From positions 70,819,269 to 70,866,983 of the forward strand of contig NC_068988.1 of NCBI RefSeq assembly GCF_001194135.2: a stretch of 47,715 nt of DNA, written 5' to 3'. Position 1 is the stretch's first letter. Each line of letters opens with the position of its first letter. The translations under genes were made by a program, and so were the position numbers. This DNA is from Octopus bimaculoides (taxonomy: Eukaryota). Below the pieces are notes generated by a model. The model worked only from the letters and a program-made list of their open reading frames with translations, was not told the DNA's origin and made no database searches. Of the stretch, positions 22,108 to 32,272 are shown one piece after another.

Positions 22108-23520
22108 TCAGGTTACGTATGAGCCTCTCACAAGTGCTACAGGTAACCTGGAAACCACAACAACCTGTTGCATGGTCGGGTTGTCGGCGACTAAACTGGC
22201 ACCCCTATCAGGCTAGCCTGGCGAGGAGGGTTGCTAGAAACCCAGAAGGATTAAAAACTAGACCTGTTGAAAGGTCGGATGAATCTAGTGCAGGTTCAAC
22301 GGCTATCTAGCATTAGCACGGGTATGCAGAATTTCCTGGATAGTGTCCGGCATGCTAGAAGACCACTGATTGTAAGGTACCCCTCAGCTCCTGTTAAAGC
22401 ATGTCTCTAGGAGGAAATCACTCTGATATAAAACCAGATATGCAGGGAATGGCATTGGACATTTTGGGGATCTTTGGTTTGTGCTAGAGATCATGGCACT
22501 CACGCATTCCTGAGCCCGCAACACATATTGGCACCAGACATCTCGCTCTGGCTTGTCTCTGGATAATGTCAATAGAGCGGAGAGGGTCTATAGGTGTTGT
22601 GCAAGCCTTATGGGACCTAAAAGTCTGCACAGGCATTGCTGACTTCTGCTTGATATGTGCTGCTTTGTTTCCTCTATATACATTTATTTTCAGTATATAT
22701 ATATATCTTTATTTTTAGTATATATTTATTTATTTTAGTAAATATTTATTTTATTTTTTATTTGGAACTCCTGCGGCGATGGGAAGGTAGCGAAGCATGC
22801 AGCCCTGACAGGTTGGAAGCATGTAGTCAGCGACCTGCACGTAGGCGGCCCATGCTAGATATAAAGTTGTCTCCTTGTCGCCTAAGACAGTGATAGAATT
22901 CCGTCGCTACATGGGTGTCTGAGCAGCTCCATTTGTATAAGGCACTGCTCACCCGGCAGCCGGGGCGGTTCTAGAAAAGGTGAACCCAAAATTGCCTGTA
23001 TTTCTATATCTGGGCAGTTGAGCGCAACTAACGGGTGTCTACCCTGCGGTCGAACAACAAAGAGACGGTTTTTTTTTACAAAAACTGGATGGAACTTGAA
23101 CATTTCATGTTAGAATGAACGCATTCTGTTGGATAACAGGAGTGATTGTCGGCCTCAAAGACGCACTGCACTTTTGCTCGCGAGCTGAACCGCTATAAAA
23201 TTAATATAGCTGCACTTTCAGAGACTTTCAGAGAAGGTGATGGTCGGCTTGAGGGAGTAGGAGGTGGATACACCTTCTTTTTTTAAGGGGAGGCTGAAGG
23301 AGAGGCGCAGAGAGGCCGGTGTTGGCTTTGCAGTTCGATCTGATATCCTTTAGAAGTTGGAGGAGCTTCCTGTTCCTATAAATGATGTCTAATGACTCTA
23401 CGATTGCACGTGAAAGGTGAGCAGTTTGCTACTCTAATAAATGCCTTTGCACCTACTTTGACTAGTTGTGATGAAGATAAAACTATTTTTTATAACCAGC
23501 TGAGATCCATACTTTGGTAC
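22108..23520 (+). mobile_element. RTE-clade LINE, 5' UTR plus start of APE endonuclease, 3' part missing
   Basis: From about 23090: ARELNRYKINIAALSET, GGGYTFF, GVGFAVRSD, LMTLRL, ATLINAFAPTL, FYNQLRSIL. The upstream GC-richer region is assigned as 5' UTR by inference. Confidence 0.8.
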
Positions 23521-23624
23521 ACAAACGGATCCAGACTATTGATCCAGACTATTGATCCAGACTATTGAACTCTCCGCTAACATTTTTGCCAGCTTGCCGC
23601 TTTAGAAGACTTGTTTATATGAAA

Positions 23625-23826
23625 TCGTTAGCATGCCAGCAGAATTTTTAGCACACCGAACAAAATGCTTAGCGGCATTTCGCCCCTTTTTATATTCTGA
23701 GTTCAAATTCCGCCAAGATTGACTTTGCCATTCATCCTTTCGGTGTCGATAAAATGAGTACCAGTTGAGCACTGGATTGGTAACCCCTTCCCCTGAAATT
23801 TCTGGCCTTGTTCCAAAATTTGAATA
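23625..23826 (+). mobile_element. tRNA-derived SINE (family B)
   Basis: ttagcacaccgaacaaaatgcttagcggcatttc...gagttcaaattccgcc...gactttgcc.ttcatcctttcgg.gtcgataaa. Confidence 0.85.
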
Positions 23827-24818
23827 TTTAAAATATCAAAATGCGGGGTGTTCAAAAGGTCTCCCCGCAGTGAAACGAAATCAGCCTAGTAAGTGCTCAC
23901 TCTGCAGGAAAAAAGAAATTAAATTTCTTTTCATACAAAGTGCTGGCAATTCAAGAATTGAAGACTACAGATCATGCTGAAAGCTCCTTTATTGTCCTTG
24001 GTTCAAAAGGCATAGAAGTGCTGGATGGGTGTTTTTACACCAGGGAGGCTTGGTTTCATCTATCGTGACACTTAATCATTCTCACATATGTGATTTTCCT
24101 TAATTTCTCTGAGTAAGTAAGTTTGTTTTGTTTTTGTCTCCTGTAAAGAATGCCATCGTTAGCTAACACAAATAAACAGTAAATTTAACACACGCAAACT
24201 TTACATCATATAGATTAAACATCCACTTAGATACACTGAACCGCGAAAGAAACGCGATACGTGTGTGACTGTGAAATATGCTTTAATTTCATTATGTCAG
24301 AGATAAATTTGAATAGATCTGATGGAGTCAATTTCTTGTATGCACTTTGAGCACATCAACGATGACCAGCCTGCCCTCCGGGTCGACAAAGATAGTTCTT
24401 GACTATAGTTTCAAATACTTCCTGAGTAGAACAGCGACACCTTCCCAACCTCTAGGGTTGGCATGGAGAAATAATTTTATCGTAGCCGTTTAGGAGTGGG
24501 GAAAAGCCCCGCAGTTCACTCAGTCTGGTTTCTGTGGTAACTATCACATCCAATCTAAGCGACACGAGGTCATTAGGGAGAGGCGCTTGCTTCCAATCTA
24601 CCCCCAGGTCGCGTACATTTATACAACCTACGTAGAGTCTAGACATAAAAGAAATTTACCTTTTGTTTAGATGGGATAGTAGTCCCATCTCATACTTCAT
24701 TCCGGGGCTTGTGGGTTTTCCTTGATAAGGCCCTCAAAACTTTGAAGAGAATTTTTTTTCCTCGGAGCGCCTATGTCTTTAAGGAATTCACTTTAAAGAA
24801 TTTTATAGTTTAAATAAT

Positions 24819-26139
24819 CTATGTGGAATATTTAAACATTTTCTGGTTATCTTTGTAATTATTTTTGTATGAATCCGCTGTAGGAATTTTATGTACTTTG
24901 TACATAACTTCATTATTATTATTGGCATTCACAGCCATCACATTGTTGTTTGGTTTGGTGGGAAAGTGGAGGATGTGTGTGTATTTTGTGTGCATGTCAG
25001 GCGTTTTTTTTTTAACATGTGCTGGGGCTGGTAGGAGTTGGTTGGGAGTGTTTCCTTTGTTTTCGCGAAGGGTAGTCCATTCCATTTCTGGTGTGTCCTC
25101 TGAAGTATCTTTCATCCTGGTTTCCACCTCTGCTTCAGGGGCTGCCTCGAGTTGATGGCACAGTATCTTTTCCAGGTGGTGGAGGAGCCGAAGCTTTCTC
25201 GGGAGGAAGCTTGCACTTTGCCCTTATGTGGCCTGTTTGACCACATTTGTAGCATGTGGGCTTCCTCCCCTCGACCATCACCAGAAGCTTGGTCTCCTCC
25301 CCCACCTGTATAGTCTCCGCAATTTGCACTAAGTCAGCAGGAGCCGCTTGTATCAACATCTGTAGCCCTTGCTCTTGCCAGTTTTGTTGCTCTATTTTGG
25401 TTGCTTGGAGTATCGAAATTTTACCTTCCAGGCCCGTCACAAGTGCCGCCACCAACCAGGCAACGTCCACCTCTGGAGGGATTTCTCCTAGACTTATCCT
25501 GGAAGTGCGTTTTCCAAGATATGTGGGTAGGAGGACCATCTCTGTAAATTTCAGGGTGGCCGTGGAATGTTGCCTGGCCTTTTCCTCGGGTTTGAACCGC
25601 ACCTAGATAGTTGTGTATTTCTTGGCCCTGGCTAAGTAAGCGATATCTTGTCGTACCGGCTTGAGGCATATCTCCACGGCTTCTTTCGAAGCCGTATCCA
25701 ATTTCTTGCTCTTCATAATAAGCGTTTTATATACAACAGTACAACGGGACGCGCTGTGCGTAACTTCACTGGCTAAGTAAGCGATATCTTGCCGTACCGG
25801 CTTGAGGCATATCTCCACGGCTTCTTTCGAAGCCATATCCAATTTCTTGCTCTTCATAATAAGCGTTTTATATACAACAGTACAACGGGACGCGCTGTGC
25901 GTCACTTCATTGGGACGGGTCACTTTCACCTCGTGCCTCTCTCTTTGAATTAGTCCTTTATACCTGATTAGTTCCTTTTGGTCGATATTCAGGTCTTTCC
26001 TGTTCACACCAGTTGCCACTGCAAAATTTGTCACTTTGTTATTTCCTGGTTCGATTTCTCTTTCTTTCAGCATTTCTTTTTCGCTAGGCATGTTCAGAAT
26101 TGGTTCAGTAGTAGTCTCTTCACCAGAGGAACTACTCAT
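24819..26139 (-). pseudogene. LINE ORF1 (gag-like zinc-knuckle nucleic-acid-binding protein), disrupted
   Basis: ORFs 25603-26139 and 25135-25602 are in frame and separated by one stop. 24819-25127 continues in another frame. Contains a C-x2-C-x4-H-x4-C motif. Confidence 0.75.
25628..25909. repeat. 141-bp tandem duplication inside ORF1
   Basis: 25628-25768 vs 25769-25909, 3 mismatches by eye, in frame (47 aa). Confidence 0.95.
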
Positions 26140-26309
26140 TTTTCAAATAATAATTTTTGGTGAAAGCACCCCCATTTTTCCCCCTTCACACAAGGGGCAA
26201 AAATGTTCACAATTCTGTCAAACGCAGTAAAACAGGGTGCTTTTTTTAAAACACACAACAAAGGGAACAACTGCAAATTCAACAATTAAATTTAAAATTA
26301 ATATAACCA

Positions 26310-27945
26310 GCAGGTGTGCTGTGTAGTAAGTAGCTTGCTTCCCAACCACATGGTCTCGGGTTCATTCCCACTGCGTGGCACCTTGGGCAAAGTGTCTTCT
26401 ACTATAGCCTCGGGCCGACCAAAGCCTTGTGAATGGATTTGGTAGACGGAAACTGAAAGAAGCCTATCCTATATATGTATNNNNNNNNNNNNNNNNNNNN
26501 NNNNNNNNNNNNNNNNNNNNNNNNNNNNNNNNNNNNNNNNNNNNNNNNNNNNNNNNNNNNNNNNNNNNNNNNNNNNNNNNNNNNNNNNNNNNNNNNNNNN
26601 NNNNNNNNNNNNNNNNNNNNNNNNNNNNNNNNNNNNNNNNNNNNNNNNNNNNNNNNNNNNNNNNNNNNNNNNNNNNNNNNNNNNNNNNNNNNNNNNNNNN
26701 NNNNNNNNNNNNNNNNNNNNNNNNNNNNNNNNNNNNNNNNNNNNNNNNNNNNNNNNNNNNNNNNNNNNNNNNNNNNNNNNNNNNNNNNNNNNNNNNNNNN
26801 NNNNNNNNNNNNNNNNNNNNNNNNNNNNNNNNNNNNNNNNNNNNNNNNNNNNNNNNNNNNNNNNNNNNNNNNNNNNNNNNNNNNNNNNNNNNNNNNNNNN
26901 NNNNNNNNNNNNNNNNNNNNNNNNNNNNNNNNNNNNNNNNNNNNNNNNNNNNNNNNNNNNNNNNNNNNNNNNNNNNNNNNNNNNNNNNNNNNNNNNNNNN
27001 NNNNNNNNNNNNNNNNNNNNNNNNNNNNNNNNNNNNNNNNNNNNNNNNNNNNNNNNNNNNNNNNNNNNNNNNNNNNNNNNNNNNNNNNNNNNNNNNNNNN
27101 NNNNNNNNNNNNNNNNNNNNNNNNNNNNNNNNNNNNNNNNNNNNNNNNNNNNNNNNNNNNNNNNNNNNNNNNNNNNNNNNNNNNNNNNNNNNNNNNNNNN
27201 NNNNNNNNNNNNNNNNNNNNNNNNNNNNNNNNNNNNNNNNNNNNNNNNNNNNNNNNNNNNNNNNNNNNNNNNNNNNNNNNNNNNNNNNNNNNNNNNNNNN
27301 NNNNNGGGTTTGAATTTCTTAATAAAGTCCTTTTCTTTGCATTTTCTTTCAATTTCATTCCGGTTGTAAAGTTTATGGAATGGAAATATAATAAAAGTTT
27401 GATGACCACATGTTGCTAGATGGTTACTCAGTGGTATTTGGCGGACTTCTGGGTTTTTAATCTGTTGTCGATGTACCCGTGAGCGTTCCGATAGTGCATT
27501 ACCTGTCTGGCCAACGTACAATTCTTCACAATTAGGGCATTTGATGCAGTAGATTAGATTTCTACTTTTGCAGTTCATGTTCGCATTGGTGAATATTTTC
27601 CCTGTTTTTGTGTTCATATATGGGCCGGTATGGATTGATCGGCATGTGCCGCATCGGCTATCATTGCATTTATATGTATGTATGTATGTATACATGTATG
27701 TGTGTGTATATGTTTGTGTGTCTATGTTTGTCCCCACAACATCGCTTGACAACCGATGCTGGTGTATTTATGTCCCCGTAACTTAGCGGTTCGGCAAAAG
27801 AGATCGATAGAATAAGTACTAGGCTTACAAAGAATAAGTCCTGAGGTCGATTTGCTCGACTAAAAGGCGGTGCTCCAGCATGGCTGCAGTCAAATGACTG
27901 AAACAAGTAAAAGAGTAAAAAGAGTAAAAGAGTAAGAGTAAAGAG
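26310..27945 (+). mobile_element. tRNA-derived SINE (family A) with internal microsatellite, interrupted by gap and Penelope fragment
   Basis: Head 26310-26480 (gcaggtgtgctgtgtagtaagtagcttgcttcccaaccacatgg...ccttgggcaa...cgggccgaccaaagccttgt). Tail 27690-27945 ends in (GAGTAAAA)n. Same layout as 37480-38075. Confidence 0.85.
27306..27671 (-). mobile_element. Penelope-like element GIY-YIG endonuclease fragment (open frame, 122 codons, runs into gap)
   Basis: CNDSRCGTC zinc motif, NCKSRNLIYCIKCPNCEELYVGQT (GIY-YIG), RVHRQQI, HLATC, ERKCKEKDFIKKFKP. Confidence 0.9.
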
Positions 27946-28844
27946 AGCAACTTACAATACAATACGTCAAACTCAGCGTCCAAATTACGAATTCCAGGAA
28001 CGCAGTTCAAGTTGATTTTTATACCTATATCCTCCATTTCGGTTTTCATGACAATGTTTGCAACTGCCACCCACGGCATTCAACGCAGCTGTGTTTTGGC
28101 GTCTCATTTCAGGGAAAGTTCAAAGATTACCTGTAATTTGGGTCTCAGCCATAAACCAGCATGTCTTGGAATATTTGCACTTACATCTCCGAAATAGATT
28201 TTCAAAATTTACCATATAAAAATGACATTTAAAAAAATCGCGTTTCTTTTGTTATTCAGTGTATATTCTCAAACACGCTTTTCGAAAAGCGGTTTATTTA
28301 TATTACTGTGCTTGGTTATCGAAACACTATATAAAATTAGAGAAATGAAAAAAGAAGTTCTATAGAAACATTTGTGATTTTTGCCATCAGAGAAAGTAAA
28401 ACAAATAGGGAAAATATATTTATTATGCTTACATCTTCTCCTGAAATCGTTAATGATTAAAAGAGGTTTAGTAGTGAATATACTTTCCTTTTCTTGGTCA
28501 TGCCATTTACATGATGGTATATATTTGAACCGCAATAAATCTACACAAATGGTATGTCTGTTAGATTAACGAAAAGAGATTTTGAAGAACTTTTCTACTG
28601 TTAGGAATAGTTAAAATGTCGATTATGAGAATGAAAATCAAAAGGAGGAACGGATTATCTAAATCTGCTGCTGGATATAATGGCAGCTGTCACTATGTAC
28701 TCTAAAAGTTCACTTGCGTTGTTGCTAGTTTACTCGTCGATTTGATTGGTTTCACTGAGATGAACTTAAATTCTGTCTAACTTTAAAGTGAATCTAAACG
28801 TAAAAGCATGAGAAAAGATTACTTGGAAGAATAATACACACGGC

Positions 28845-29030
28845 GCGCACACACACACATATATAGATATATATATATATACATATTTACATACATATAT
28901 ATAAATTTACATGTACGTATTATATACATACGTATATATGTGTGACAGTGTGTATGCGAGCGTGTGTGTGCGTGCGTGGGTGCGCGTGAGTTGGTGTGCG
29001 TGAGTGTGTGCGCGTGCATGTGTATGTGTC
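28845..29030. repeat. Mixed TA/TG/CG microsatellite
   Basis: Direct low-complexity runs. Confidence 0.85.
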
Positions 29031-29229
29031 CGTCGAACTGTTTGCTGTTTAGCGGACCGATCCGCGGAACAAATTCACGTCATGCAGCTTGGAAACCTGA
29101 CCTCGGTCTCTCACCACTTCCGCCACGCGGACAATTCGACACAATATCTTATTTTCCCAACATTTTATTTTCCCTTCGAAACCCACACTACTTTCACTCC
29201 CAGTTAATCATCCATCCACCTCTAACACA

Positions 29230-30260
29230 TCCACGTAACAGACACTGCGCATACACTTCACACACAAATTCTCTGTACACATTCATACTAAAAACACCGC
29301 ACGAATACACATATGCACACATATACGCCATTCATTCCACGACTCACACGTCTAATAAAATCCTATATACGTATTTTAACACCCCCTTCCATACGCCTCC
29401 TACATATACACACTGACTACAAACACGCGCGCACGCATACACACAAACACACTAATGCTATACTTATGCACATTTTTACATATCCATATCAGATGCACTA
29501 ATAAATACGTACGCAACATGTAGACACACATGCACACACATATGTACAAACAACCCTTGACTACATACAACATACCTTTTTCCGTATCAAATACGCCTGT
29601 ACACACACACTCACATGACTTTATGAAAGATATTTCTGATTCAATATGCATACACCCACGCAGTAGACCTGTATGTATATCAGTCATATACAAACGCACA
29701 AAGACACTCATTCACACATACACACACACAGAAATTGCAAATGTACACACATTCGCACACAAATATGCAGGCACAAAATAAGTGCACACATACACACTAA
29801 ACGTACTTATGTATCACTCATTACATAGCCATTTAACTTCCATTAGACAAGGACCAACCATTACACAAACACACTAACCCTCTCGCAATACAATATGGCC
29901 GACACTGCGTCCACACTCACACACTCAGAGTTGTATATAAACCAAACATAATAACACAAACACACACTAACATGTACACAGGTAACACAAACACACATTC
30001 ACACAGACACACCCTAATTATCACCTACACGTTTGCATCTACATACTGACATGCACGCATGCACTCACACTCACATACATACAGACACATATAACAAACA
30101 TACACAAACACCCATCCACACACACACACACCCACACACACACACAAAGCATCATGCATACACAGAAATTACTTCTCACTTTCTCTCACGCATACATCAT
30201 AAGCATGCGCACACACACACACCAACACTTTCACAGACAGTTGACTGTACACGTATACAC
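29230..30260. repeat. Long degenerate CA-rich low-complexity tract
   Basis: About 1 kb dominated by ACAC/CATAC units on the plus strand. Confidence 0.85.
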
Positions 30261-30429
30261 TCGTCTTTGTTAAAAGACCCCATACAGTCCATTATCCAAC
30301 TTCCTATGAGTCAACTGACAGCATTCGGCCAATACGAGGTGTTTCTTTTTCGGTATTTTTAGGATTGTTTTATCGTTTCTAGATTCTTCTTTCTTTTTCC
30401 AGTTTCCCCCACATCTTCCATTCTCACAT

Positions 30430-31050
30430 TTTCCAATATCTAAAGAAGTACAATGTCCGAAACCAAGACATACAAATGCTTAGGAATCAATGAACTAGAT
30501 ACTGTTCAACACGCACACAAGAAAGAAAGATGAGGAAGGAATATTATAGATGAACTAGATGTTATCATAGTTGAACTCGATGATTACATAAAACAGAGCC
30601 AAATTCAAAAGATAGCAGTCCCAGTTATATGTTACAGTTATGATATTCTTCACCTGGACCCTAAATGAACAAGCATGACAAGGCAGAAGCGGAAGAAATA
30701 TAAAGTCTACATGTAGAATACAGCACCAAAATTTGACCTAGAAAAGTTATATATATATATATATAGCACGAATTGAAGGAGGTAGGGGTCTTAAGAAATT
30801 ATTATAAAATATTCTCCATAGGACTACAAAAATAGTTAATTCAGAATCATGGAAAACTGATACAAATATCTACAAAACAGGAACAACTCAAAAAGATGCT
30901 TTTTTGTTTTCAAGGAAGCCTGAAAATGCAGAGCAATGGCCATAATTTATGAAAAAAAGAAGAAACATCAAAAATTGTAAAGCATCTAAAGTCCATGCTA
31001 AAAATTGAGAAGCAGCTAAAATCTAAGCACATTATTTATACCTACTTAAA
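30430..31050 (+). mobile_element. Decayed R4/Dong-clade fragment (post-RT region)
   Basis: TYKCLGINE, IAVPVICYSYDIL, PKFDLEKLY...RIEGGRGL; 3' part homologous to 46750-47040 on the minus strand. Confidence 0.65.
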
Positions 31051-31985
31051 AGTGGATTTTCTATTAGAAAAAGACATTACTGAGGTAGATACCATGAGAG
31101 AATTTCCCACATCAGCTTTAGGTGCAAAATACACCCTCGTTTATATCTCTAGCGGTTTATAAATCACTACCATCTCCAGCCTCGAGACCCTAGATCATGT
31201 GATTTCGACCTTCTTTGTGACAGGCATCTATTATTGAAACCACTTCTGTGATCTTATAGGTTGCGTTAGAGATCGTATGGCTGTAATATCGTTATCACCA
31301 ACAAGTGACATTGATTCCGCAGTTGAAAAGTGTGTTGAGATAATTTGTGAGAATTGTTTCACAATATCGATTCCAGTGAACTAGGATTTCTCATAAAACT
31401 TATATATCACAAGGTGAACTTAAACAAATATAGTCTGAAAAGCTTTTGCTCTGTCATTACTTCAGCACTAAAGAGTGTCTTCGTTGAACGCTAGATTGAA
31501 AGGACTAAACCCATCTAAACTCCAAGAGACAGATAAGAAAGACGTAAAATGATGGTTACTGTCAGTAGAGAGCAACTACAGAAAACAATGATGATGATGA
31601 TATTATAGGCACTTGCTATCGGCTGGAAAAGAATTAAACAGATAATAGAGGAAAGAGATTGCTATTTTGAGAGAAGCAGTGTTGTTGACTATTCAGATTT
31701 GTGTAGTAGTGTCCAATAAAACAGTCGGTGGTCTGATTTGGAAAAGTCATACAGTGAAATTATATGTAAATCATTATACATAAGGCACGTTAACCATGTT
31801 ACTCAGTCGTTATTCTTTACTTCTGGAGCCCTGATTTTTATGTCTTATTGACTGCTTTATCATTTTGTTTACTCGTTCATGTGACAAATAATTCTCGTAG
31901 TGTTTCTATTGATTGCAGTGATTGAGTCATTTGAGCCGAGCAATTATTGTCATTGTTTTTGTATTTCAGTTATTTTCCCATTTAT

Positions 31986-32272
31986 ATAGGTGCAGCTGTG
32001 ACTGTGTATTTAAATACCCCCCCCCCAACCTTATGATCTTAGGTCCAGTCTCACTGAGTGGCACCTTGACCAAATATCTTCTACTATAGACCCGGGCCAA
32101 CCAAAACATTGTAAATGAATTTGCTAGACGGAAACGGTTCGTCAAAAATTACTAACAGAATAAATATCAAGCCTTAGAAAATAAGTACTTTGGTTGATTT
32201 GTTTGCCTAACCTCTTCAAGGCGGTGTCCCAGTATGGCCGCAGTCTAATGATTGAGGTAAGTAAGAAATAAA
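31986..32272 (+). mobile_element. Degenerate SINE family A copy
   Basis: gtggcaccttg.ccaa.tatcttctactatag.cccgggccaacc...gacggaaac; tail caaggcggtg.cccagtatggccgcagtc.aatga. Confidence 0.75.

Larger units (their letters stand above)
24345..26290 (-). mobile_element. Tx1/L1-like LINE 5' half (5' UTR, ORF1, start of ORF2 endonuclease)
   Basis: ORF1 has CCHC knuckle CYKCGQTGHIRAKC. ORF2 starts MSRLYVGCINVRDL...DVIVTTETRL and continues GVAVLLRK...DPEGRLVIVDV before truncation. Confidence 0.85.

Noticed and set aside
23528-23566. Three copies of 13-bp GATCCAGACTATT near the RTE breakpoint
   Set aside because: A simple tandem repeat without spacers, at most repair filler.
27985-28119. Minus-strand AVGGSCKHCH resembling a cytochrome c' CxxCH heme motif
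   Set aside because: Bounded by stops within about 45 codons, with no signal peptide or bacterial context. Judged chance.
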